From Silanimonas sp. (lineage in GTDB: Bacteria; Pseudomonadota; Gammaproteobacteria; Xanthomonadales; Xanthomonadaceae), in the NCBI RefSeq assembly GCF_018334015.1, contig NZ_JAGXTI010000002.1: 64,000 bases of DNA. One strand, 5' to 3'. Under the pieces are notes generated by a model. It had not been told where the DNA came from and did not search any database. It saw only the letters and a program-made list of their open reading frames with translations. A program made the position numbers and the translations under genes. This document shows, piece after piece, positions 31,307 to 39,274 of the stretch (positions within the stretch are counted from its first letter, which is position 1; each line of letters opens with the position of its first letter).

Positions 31307-34277
31307 CGCTGAAGTGCCGGAACTCCAGCGTCCCTTGCCAATTCTGATCCAGCAGAAGATCGCACTCGATCGTGATGCCATCGGCGTTCTCCAGCGACAG
31401 CGCACCGACTGGAGCGCGCGGGCCGTCGCTGAACATCCGGGTCAGTCGCTCCAGCAGCGCTTGTTTGTACGCCGTGTCCACCGAACCGCCCAAGTGGGCA
31501 CCTTTGGTCTCCAGCACGACCATGCGGCTGAGCCCGCCCTCGCCCACTTTGCCAAAGATAAAGTCCGGGTAGACCTTGTTGCGCTTCCAGCCCTGCAAGC
31601 CGTATTGCGCCTTCGCCACGTTGCGGTGCCACCACTGCAGCGCAGTACGACTGTCCAGATAGCCGGCGAACGCTGCTTCGAAATCATTGAAGTCGGGGAG
31701 CCGCAAGGCCGGTTCCAGCAGGCTTTTCTCAACCGGGCGCGCATCGGGCCGCTGCAGTGGCGCGGCCGCACCGGAAAGGTCGACCCTCTGCTCGACGGGC
31801 AGTTCGTAGTCGGCCGCATCGGCGCGCAGGCTGAAGGTGGCCCGGCCTGCGGCCACCATCGCATCGAAATGGGCCTGGGCGAGGCGGTCACGCTCCGCTT
31901 CAATGTCGACCCGCAACGCCTCGATCAGCGAAGCCGATGACCGGGCGATATCGGTCTCGGTAACGCCACTCTCCTTGAGGCGGTCCACCACGTCTGTCAC
32001 CCATCGCCAGACCCACCAGGCATTGGGTGCCAGATCGAGCAGCGCCCTGACGATCCGCGCCCTGTCCAACCCGGCCGTCGCGGTGGCTTCGGACGCGGCT
32101 TGGCTCACGCCGCCGCCATGAAGCACGCCAAGATCGACCAAGACGTGATCGCTCCCCGGCGTCTGCGAGGACGGCGCCCACCGGGCGGCCAATCGACGGG
32201 CATCGACGGCGGACCAGTCCAAGCCGGACAGCACGTCGCTCTCGTAGACCAACTCGCGGCGCATCGTGCCCTCGTTCCAGGTCACACGAGGCAGGAACAG
32301 CCGCAAACCCGCGAAGGCCGCGCGTCGCCGCAGGATCAAGGTATGGGCATCTTCTTTCGCTACATCACCGCCCTTCACCTGCGAGCTCAGATCACCCATA
32401 CCCTCGCCTTCCAATGCCTTGCGGATGCGATGGACCACCTCGCCCGTCTGTGCGTCATGGCAATAGACATAGCAACTGTCCAAGGCCTCGTGCCGTGTCT
32501 TCACCGTGCCGGGCTGGCGCAGGATGCGACCGACCAACTGGGTCATCGCCGCCGCATTGCGGCTGCTCGCCAGGGCGCAGAGCACGTAGGCGAACGGGCA
32601 ATCCCAACCCTCCTGCAGCGCCTGCTTGGTGATGATCACCCGCACCTCATTCTGCGGTGACAGCAAGTCGAGGTTCTCCGGCTGCTTGAGCTCGTCTTTC
32701 TCGGAGGTCTTGATGGCGATCTGCCGGGGCTTGAGCCCCAGCTGGAGCAGGTAGGCCTGCGCATCCTCGGCATGGATGAAGCCGGCATCGCGCTGGTCCT
32801 TGCCGGTACGTTCGACCTGCACCAGCAGAATCGGCCGGATGTAGCGGGCCGTCTCGCCCCGCAGCCGCTCGGCCTCGCGCTGAAGTTCGTCCAGCTTGGC
32901 CACCGACGCCGCGATGCAGCTCTGCCAGTCGGTCCAGCGTTTTGCCTCGACGTGGATCGGCAGTTTGATCATCTGTGCGTCGTCGAGATCGGTGCCACGC
33001 ACGTCGACCAGAATGTTCGAACCGTTGCCCTTGGCGGAGGCCACCCGAGGTGTCGCGGAAAGCTCCAGCAGGAACGACGGATTGAACCCGTCCAGCGTCG
33101 AAAGCGCGTTCTCGGTGTAGGCGTGGTGGCCCTCGTCCATCACGATCATCGGGCGCAGCAGTCGCATCACATTGCCCAATGAACTTTTGACGATGCTGCC
33201 CTTCTGGCGCCGGGCCGCTTCCTGCGATTGACCAACAGGCGCATAGACGTCGAGGTTCGGGACCTGCTGAAGCAGTGCCCAGTGTGCCTCGATGTCATCC
33301 TCGCGCGGGAGGAACCCGAGCACATTGCCGCGATCACGGAACAGGCGGAGCGTCTCCTTGCTCACCCGCGCCGCCGAGGCCAGCATCAACACCATCACGC
33401 ACAGGTGCGAGTCGGTATCGAGACGCGTCAATGGCGAGGTCTTCTCGAGGATCTTGACCCGTCCGGCGGCCGCGACGTTGAGGATCTGCCGATACGGATG
33501 ATCCCGGTCGGAAAGCGCCTTCAGCGTCTGCCGGTAGATCGCCTCGTTGGGCACCACCCACAGGGCCAACCCCGTCTGCCTTTTCAGGTAGAGCGAGAAG
33601 ACCCGCGCCACACTCGCCGCGGCCAGCAGGGTCTTGCCACCGCCGGTGGGAATCTTGAAGCAGAGGTTGGGGATGGCGTGGCCGGCACCGTCAAAGCGGC
33701 TCGAATGCGCGGCGCCCGCGTTGGTCCTGGGCAGCTTGTTCCCGCTCCTCAACTCTTCCCAGGCTTTGCGGGGGAAATCCCGGAGTTCGGCCGGAGTATC
33801 GAGATCGGCGACGCGGAGCACCTTCTCGGCGGCATCGGCCTTACCCTTCTGCCGCTGCAAGGCAGCGAGATAGTCATCCAGACGCTCCAGCACCGTCGAC
33901 TGGAAGGGCTTGAGAGAGATGCCACCCATGGCTTCGGCGCTGGCTGCGTAGCGCTTGCGCTGCCAGAACACGCATCGATCGCGTTCGATCCGCTGCCGGA
34001 AACCAGTCTCGATATCGTCCTGCCAGCGCGCCACATCGATCCGGTACAGGATGTCGAGATCGCGAAGTGCGTTCGACAACTGCGCCCACTCCCCGGGCGT
34101 CGCGGACGGGCAGTCGAGCACCAGATCGATGTCGGAATCGTTCCGTTCATCGCCGCGCGCTCGCGAGCCGTAGATCCACGCGACCTCCACGAACGGTGCC
34201 GCATCAAGGAGGGCGATGATCTTCGCCGCACTGGCAGGAGCGATGCCGAAACCCGGTTTGGGCGACACCGTCGACAT
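31269..34277 (-). CDS. res: Type III restriction enzyme Res subunit with an N-terminal MNT nucleotidyltransferase domain fused in-frame
   Basis: Residues about 1-105 are an NTase fold (GSRARGDERNDSDIDLVLD, i.e. GSx10DxD). The rest is an SF2 helicase (PTGGGKT, VMDEGHH, LELSATP, QLVGRILR) followed by a C-terminal PD-(D/E)xK nuclease (YPDF...VVLETKG). There is no stop codon between the domains. A possible internal start (MGGISLKPFQ) lies at 33929. Confidence 0.85.
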   Translation of the reverse strand: MSTVSPKPGFGIAPASAAKIIALLDAAPFVEVAWIYGSRARGDERNDSDIDLVLDCPSATPGEWAQLSNALRDLDILYRIDVARWQDDIETGFRQRIERDRCVFWQRKRYAASAEAMGGISLKPFQSTVLERLDDYLAALQRQKGKADAAEKVLRVADLDTPAELRDFPRKAWEELRSGNKLPRTNAGAAHSSRFDGAGHAIPNLCFKIPTGGGKTLLAAASVARVFSLYLKRQTGLALWVVPNEAIYRQTLKALSDRDHPYRQILNVAAAGRVKILEKTSPLTRLDTDSHLCVMVLMLASAARVSKETLRLFRDRGNVLGFLPREDDIEAHWALLQQVPNLDVYAPVGQSQEAARRQKGSIVKSSLGNVMRLLRPMIVMDEGHHAYTENALSTLDGFNPSFLLELSATPRVASAKGNGSNILVDVRGTDLDDAQMIKLPIHVEAKRWTDWQSCIAASVAKLDELQREAERLRGETARYIRPILLVQVERTGKDQRDAGFIHAEDAQAYLLQLGLKPRQIAIKTSEKDELKQPENLDLLSPQNEVRVIITKQALQEGWDCPFAYVLCALASSRNAAAMTQLVGRILRQPGTVKTRHEALDSCYVYCHDAQTGEVVHRIRKALEGEGMGDLSSQVKGGDVAKEDAHTLILRRRAAFAGLRLFLPRVTWNEGTMRRELVYESDVLSGLDWSAVDARRLAARWAPSSQTPGSDHVLVDLGVLHGGGVSQAASEATATAGLDRARIVRALLDLAPNAWWVWRWVTDVVDRLKESGVTETDIARSSASLIEALRVDIEAERDRLAQAHFDAMVAAGRATFSLRADAADYELPVEQRVDLSGAAAPLQRPDARPVEKSLLEPALRLPDFNDFEAAFAGYLDSRTALQWWHRNVAKAQYGLQGWKRNKVYPDFIFGKVGEGGLSRMVVLETKGAHLGGSVDTAYKQALLERLTRMFSDGPRAPVGALSLENADGITIECDLLLDQNWQGTLEFRHFSDIDAEKANPIGV

Positions 34278-34678
34278 CAGTGCTTCGCCAGCACCTGGGC
34301 CAGCGCATCGAAGGCGGCCACCGCCTCGGCACGAATAAAAGCCGCCACCTCGATGGCTTTCGCGGCGTCGTAGGTGTGGCTGGTTTCGTCGCGATAGTCC
34401 TTGATGCGCTCCCACGCCTGAGCATCGGCAATGTACCGGGCAACGAATGCCGCCTGCAGCACCGGGCGCACCATCTTCGGCGGATTCTCCCCCTGCAGCC
34501 GCAGCAGGTCGTACATCGCCTTCCACGCCAGCTCGAAGGTGAACTCGAAGCGCTGGATCAAGGCATCGCGGACAATGTCGGTCTCGTCGACGGCAAGGGC
34601 CTCATGCAGGCGCTGCAGCGCCTTGACGTACTGCGCGCGATGCAGATCGAAGCGCTCGCGTTGCATGTTCATGCTCAC
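34277..34678 (-). CDS. HEPN-domain protein, HI0074 family (nucleotidyltransferase substrate-binding protein; putative RNase toxin)
   Basis: IQRFEFTFELAWKAMYDLL is typical of HI0074-like proteins. The Rx4H motif RDETSH (residues 96-101) is followed by Tyr103. GTGA overlap with the mod stop, and a 1-nt TGATG overlap with the MNT-res start. Confidence 0.85.
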   Translation of the reverse strand: MSMNMQRERFDLHRAQYVKALQRLHEALAVDETDIVRDALIQRFEFTFELAWKAMYDLLRLQGENPPKMVRPVLQAAFVARYIADAQAWERIKDYRDETSHTYDAAKAIEVAAFIRAEAVAAFDALAQVLAKH

Positions 34679-36588
34679 GCCTCCCGGTACAGGGCGAAGG
34701 GCAGCGGCGCGTAGTCGATGGCATAGTCGCCCAACTGCCGGTTGCTCAGGTACTTGGCTGGCGCGAACACCAGATGGCGCTTGCGCTCGCCACGCGTGGC
34801 GTCGTGCTCCAGACCCCAGTCATGGAAGGACTTCGCCAACGAAAGCGTCAGCGCCGCTTCGGGGCTGGTCAGGAAGGCCAGCACAGGCTCATACACCAGC
34901 CAGACATGGGCATCGCGGGCCTCGCCGAGGTACCACTTCGGCACCTTCTTCGGCGCGGGCGGCAAGGCACCTCCGGTGGCGGTGTGGAACAGCCACTCGC
35001 CCAGCGCCGACCGGGCCGGCAGCGACTCGCCAGACAGCAGTTTGTCGAGATCCAGCGGCTCACCCAGGGTGCAGTAGGTGAAGCCGCCACCCAAACCGTC
35101 CACGCGCTCGGAGATCTTCTTCTCGCCTTCGACGCGCAGCACGCCCTCATCCAGCTTCACACTGATCCTGTCGAAGCGTTTCGTCTTCGCCGTTCCCTGA
35201 TCGACGAGATCGCCCTCGACGAAGCCCTCGCGCGCCTTGATCGCTTCGATCCTGGCGAGCCATTCATCGGCCTTCTTGAACTGCGTGAAGGTGATCTTCT
35301 GCTCCAGCAGGGTCTCCTTCTGCGTGCCCAACCAGGCGTAGCCCTGGATGACGCGACGCACGCGCTCGGCGGTGAGGCGGTCGGCGTAGTCCTCGCCTTC
35401 GACGAGGATGAAACGACGCGAACCGCCGTCGGCGGCGTTGGCCTTGAGCACCGCATGAGCGGTGGTGCCCGAGCCGGCGAAGCTGTCGAGGACAAGGGCG
35501 TCTTCATTCGAAACGATTTCTATCAGTCGCTGAATCAAGGCTACTGGCTTGGGGAAATCGAAAGAATTTGATCCAAGAATCTCAGTGACCGTCCTTCGTG
35601 CCAGATCCATGTTTAGCTCGGCATCAAGCCAAACTGTTTTTGGCTTGGTTGTTGCCTCTTCTCCATCCTCCGCAATCAAGTAGTCCTTACGGAAAACTCG
35701 CCAAGTTCCGTCGGAGGTTTTGCGACCGACCAAAAAAAGAAAATCTTTCCTGATCTTTGGGACGCTCCAAGTCCAGCAAGTAGGCTCACCCCGAGAGTCA
35801 AGCGGCAACGCTTCAGCGACGTGAAAGGCATCCCTCTCGACCGAGACGCTGCCTGTGTCTGGCCGAACATACAGAGGGAAGTAGAGATTTGGACGCGTAC
35901 CCGGATTGAATGCGGAGTTTCGATTCCGGAGCTCAATCAAACGATAGCGACCGCGCCCATCCTGCTCTCGATACTCCGCGACCATTTTCTCAGTCTTCGC
36001 TGCGCCATTAAATGCAGCATGCTGAGCACTCTTCGCGAAAACGAGCACATACTCATGCGTTTTCGCGAAGTGTTTATCTAAGTGACGACCTTTTGGATTA
36101 AGCCTTGCAACAATTCGGCCTAGGTTGTTGTCAGATCCGAAAATCTCGTCGAGCATCATCTCAAGTCGGTGCGACTCGTGATCGTCAATCGTTACGAAGA
36201 TCACACCAGCCTCGGAGAGCAGCTCTCGCAGCAACACCAGCCGCGGCCACATCATGCACAGCCACTTGTCGTGGCGAAGCATGTCCTCGGCGTCCACCGG
36301 GTTGGTGGACAGCCACTCCTTCATGATCGGGCTGTTGACGCCGTCGCTGTAGCACCAGCCCTCGTTGCCGGTGTTGTAGGGCGGGTCGATGAAGACCAGA
36401 TCGACCTTGCCGGCATAGCGCGGCAGCAGGCTCTTCAGGGCGTGCAGGTTGTCGCCGTGGATCACCAGGTTGCCGCCAAGATCGGGGGCACCCACGCTTT
36501 TTTCCGCATGCGTAACCAGCGGCCGGAACGGTACCGTCAGATGATGGTTGTAGACGTATTCCTTGCCCTTGAAGACGATTTCCGGCAT
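34675..36588 (-). CDS. mod: Type III R-M DNA methyltransferase Mod subunit (beta-class N6-adenine methyltransferase)
   Basis: VFIDPPYNTGN (motif IV) lies N-terminal to DSFAGSGTTAHAV (motif I), with a variable central region between them. ATG at 36586-36588, 1 nt after the aceE stop. Confidence 0.88.
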   Translation of the reverse strand: MPEIVFKGKEYVYNHHLTVPFRPLVTHAEKSVGAPDLGGNLVIHGDNLHALKSLLPRYAGKVDLVFIDPPYNTGNEGWCYSDGVNSPIMKEWLSTNPVDAEDMLRHDKWLCMMWPRLVLLRELLSEAGVIFVTIDDHESHRLEMMLDEIFGSDNNLGRIVARLNPKGRHLDKHFAKTHEYVLVFAKSAQHAAFNGAAKTEKMVAEYREQDGRGRYRLIELRNRNSAFNPGTRPNLYFPLYVRPDTGSVSVERDAFHVAEALPLDSRGEPTCWTWSVPKIRKDFLFLVGRKTSDGTWRVFRKDYLIAEDGEEATTKPKTVWLDAELNMDLARRTVTEILGSNSFDFPKPVALIQRLIEIVSNEDALVLDSFAGSGTTAHAVLKANAADGGSRRFILVEGEDYADRLTAERVRRVIQGYAWLGTQKETLLEQKITFTQFKKADEWLARIEAIKAREGFVEGDLVDQGTAKTKRFDRISVKLDEGVLRVEGEKKISERVDGLGGGFTYCTLGEPLDLDKLLSGESLPARSALGEWLFHTATGGALPPAPKKVPKWYLGEARDAHVWLVYEPVLAFLTSPEAALTLSLAKSFHDWGLEHDATRGERKRHLVFAPAKYLSNRQLGDYAIDYAPLPFALYREA

Positions 36589-36589
36589 T

Positions 36590-36627
36590 TCACACCCCGA
36601 TCGGGTTGGCCTTCTCGGCGTCGATGT
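36590..36627. repeat. Right copy of the 38-bp direct repeat (the authentic aceE 3' end)
   Basis: Identical to 31269-31306. Encodes the aceE stop codon plus the last 11 codons (IDAEKANPIGV). Confidence 0.95.
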
Positions 36628-39274
36628 TGAACACCTTGATGGCGCGGGCCACATCCTTCGCGTTCATCCTGCCCTCGGCCGCGAGCGCGGCGACCGCGGC
36701 GTGCGCGATGTAGTAGCGGTCGACCTCGAAGTGGCGGCGCAGGTTCGCACGGGTGTCCGAGCGGCCGAAGCCATCGGTGCCGAGCACGGTGTACTTCATC
36801 GGCACGAAGGCGCGGATCTGGTCGGCAAACTGGCGCACGTAGTCGGTCGCGGCGATCGCCGGCCCTTGGCGGCCTTCCAGCAGCTCGGTCACATAGGCCT
36901 TGCGCGGCGTCTTCGCTTCCGGGTGCAGGCGGTTCCAACGCTCGGCGTCGAAGCCGTCGCGGCGCAGCTCGGTGAAGCTCGGGCAGCTCCAGATATCGGA
37001 GGACACGCCGAACTCCTTGTCGAGCAGCTCGGCGGCGAAGATCGCCTCGCGCAGGATCGTGCCCGAGCCCAACAGCTGCACACGCAGCTCGCCCTTCTTC
37101 GGCTTGCCGGCGTCCTTGAGCAGGTACATGCCCTTGATGATCCCCTCGGCTGCACCCTCCGGCATCTCCGGGTGGGCGTAGTTCTCGTTCATCAGGGTCA
37201 GGTAGTAATACTCGTCCACCTGCTCGGTCATCATCCGCTGCATGCCGTGCTGCAGGATCACCGCGACCTCGTAGGCGAAGGTCGGATCAAAGGGGCGGCA
37301 GTTCGGGATGTTGCCGGCCAGCAGGTGCGAGTGGCCGTCCTCGTGCTGGAGCCCTTCACCGTTGAGCGTGGTGCGGCCGGCGGTGGCACCCAGCAGGAAG
37401 CCGCGGGCGCGCATGTCGGCGGCCTGCCAGGCCGAATCACCGATGCGCTGGAAGCCGAACATCGAATAGAAGATGTAGAACGGCAGCATCGGCACGTTGT
37501 TCGTGCTGTAGCTGGTGGCTGCCGCCATCCAGCTGGCGAAGCTGCCGGCTTCGTTGATGCCTTCCTGCAGCACCTGGCCGGCCGCGTCCTCGCGGTAGAA
37601 CATCAGCTGGTCGGCATCGACCGGCTTGTATTTCTGGCCGTGCGGCGAATAGATGCCGATCTGCCGGAACAGACCCTCCATGCCGAAGGTGCGCGCCTCG
37701 TCGCAGATGATCGGCACCGTGCGCGGGCCGATCGCCTTGTCGCGCAGGATCACGTTCAGTGCCTGCACGAAGGCCATCGTGGTGCTGATCTCGCGCTCGC
37801 CGCTGCTCTTCAGCAGGCGGTCGAAGACCTCGAGCGCCGGCGTCGGCAGCGATTCGCTGGCCTTGATGCGGCGCTGCGGTAATGGGCCGCCGAGTGCTTC
37901 GCGGCGGGCTTTCAGGTACTGCACTTCCGGCGCGTCGGGACCGGGGTGGTAGAACGGCACCTCGGGCAGTTGCTCGTCGCTCACCGGGATGTTGAAGCGG
38001 TCGCGGAACGCCTTCACCGCCGCGTCGTCGAGCTTCTTCTGCTGGTGGGTGATGTTGATCGACTCGCCGGCCTTGCCCATGCCGTAGCCTTTCACCGTCT
38101 TGGCGAGGATCACGGTGGGCTGGCCCTTGTGCGCGCTGGCGGCGGCATAGGCGGCGTACACCTTGTGCGGGTCGTGGCCGCCGCGGTTGAGGCGCCAGAT
38201 GTCCTCGTCGGACAGCGAGGCGACCATCTGCTTGGTCTCCTCGTACTTGCCGAAGAAATGCTCGCGCGTGTACGCGCCGCCGAAGGCCTTGCAGTTCTGG
38301 TACTCGCCGTCGACGGTTTCCATCATCAGCTTCTTCAGCACGCCGTTGCTGTCCTTGGCCAGCAGCGGGTCCCAGTAACTGCCCCAGACCACCTTCAGCG
38401 CATTCCAGCCGGCGCCACGGAACTGGCCTTCCAGCTCCTGAATGATCTTGCCGTTGCCGCGCACCGGGCCATCCAACCGCTGCAGGTTGCAGTTGATGAC
38501 GAAGATGAGGTTGTCGAGGCCCTCGCGGCCGGCCAGCGAGATGGCACCGAGGCTCTCGGGCTCGTCGCATTCGCCGTCGCCGAGGAAGCACCAGACCTTG
38601 CGGTCGCTGACCGGCATCAGGCCACGGGCTTCGAGGTACTTCCAGAAGCGCGCTTGGTAGATCGCCGCGATGGGCCCCAGACCCATCGACACCGTGGGCG
38701 TCTGCCAGAAGTCCGGCATCAGCCACGGGTGGGGGTAGCTGGAAATGCCTTTGCCGTCGACCTCCATGCGGAAGTGGTCGAGCTGCTGCTCGGTCAACCG
38801 GCCTTCCAGGAAGGCGCGGGCGTAGACGCCCGGCGAGCTGTGCCCCTGGATGAACAGCAGGTCGCCGGGATGCTGGTCGCTGGGCGCGCGCCAGAAGTGG
38901 TTGAAGCCGACGTCGTACAGCGTGGCCGCCGACGCGAAGCTGGCGATATGGCCGCCGAGCTCTCCGGGCTTGCGGTTGGCGCGCACCACCATCGCCAGCG
39001 CGTTCCAGCGGATCAGCGAACGCAGCCGCCACTCCATCTGCGCATCGCCCGGGCTCTTGGCTTCGAGGTGCGTCGGGATGGTGTTGACGTATTCGGTGGT
39101 CGGCGCGAAGGGCAGGTGGGCGCCGGCGCGGCGGGTGAGTTCGACCATCCGCTCGAGCAGGTGGTGGGCACGCTCCGGACCGTCGGCATCGATGACCGCT
39201 TTCAGCGACTCCAGCCACTCCCGGGTCTCGGTGGGGTCGAGGTCGTTCGCCAGGATCTCCTGCAGCCAGTTCAT
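36590..39274 (-). CDS. aceE: Pyruvate dehydrogenase E1 component (homodimeric type)
   Basis: 894 aa starting MNWLQEILANDLDPTETREWLESL. Contains the ThDP motif GDGECDEPES. Full-length similarity to AceE by eye. Confidence 0.95.
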   Translation of the reverse strand: MNWLQEILANDLDPTETREWLESLKAVIDADGPERAHHLLERMVELTRRAGAHLPFAPTTEYVNTIPTHLEAKSPGDAQMEWRLRSLIRWNALAMVVRANRKPGELGGHIASFASAATLYDVGFNHFWRAPSDQHPGDLLFIQGHSSPGVYARAFLEGRLTEQQLDHFRMEVDGKGISSYPHPWLMPDFWQTPTVSMGLGPIAAIYQARFWKYLEARGLMPVSDRKVWCFLGDGECDEPESLGAISLAGREGLDNLIFVINCNLQRLDGPVRGNGKIIQELEGQFRGAGWNALKVVWGSYWDPLLAKDSNGVLKKLMMETVDGEYQNCKAFGGAYTREHFFGKYEETKQMVASLSDEDIWRLNRGGHDPHKVYAAYAAASAHKGQPTVILAKTVKGYGMGKAGESINITHQQKKLDDAAVKAFRDRFNIPVSDEQLPEVPFYHPGPDAPEVQYLKARREALGGPLPQRRIKASESLPTPALEVFDRLLKSSGEREISTTMAFVQALNVILRDKAIGPRTVPIICDEARTFGMEGLFRQIGIYSPHGQKYKPVDADQLMFYREDAAGQVLQEGINEAGSFASWMAAATSYSTNNVPMLPFYIFYSMFGFQRIGDSAWQAADMRARGFLLGATAGRTTLNGEGLQHEDGHSHLLAGNIPNCRPFDPTFAYEVAVILQHGMQRMMTEQVDEYYYLTLMNENYAHPEMPEGAAEGIIKGMYLLKDAGKPKKGELRVQLLGSGTILREAIFAAELLDKEFGVSSDIWSCPSFTELRRDGFDAERWNRLHPEAKTPRKAYVTELLEGRQGPAIAATDYVRQFADQIRAFVPMKYTVLGTDGFGRSDTRANLRRHFEVDRYYIAHAAVAALAAEGRMNAKDVARAIKVFNIDAEKANPIGV

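Larger units (their letters stand above)
31269..36589. mobile_element. Genomic island carrying a Type III R-M system plus a HEPN/MNT module, inserted at the aceE 3' end; no recombinase gene
   Basis: Bounded by a perfect 38-bp direct repeat (31269-31306 and 36590-36627). Contains mod, a HEPN gene and MNT-res. Has an internal low-GC block. No integrase or transposase ORF. Confidence 0.75.

Noticed and set aside
34278-34526. An 83-codon N-terminal extension of the MNT-res ORF (ORF track start at 34526).
   Set aside because: The extension overlaps the well-supported HEPN gene in another frame and has a junk-like composition. The ATG at 34277 begins the recognisable NTase domain and is coupled to the HEPN stop.
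35732-35743. A7 tract (aaaaaaagaaaa; T7 on the coding strand) inside mod as a phase-variation switch.
   Set aside because: Seven residues is shorter than the tracts known to drive phase-variable Type III mod genes. The tract lies in the generally AT-richer recognition-domain block, so it is most simply compositional. Variation could still be checked in population data.
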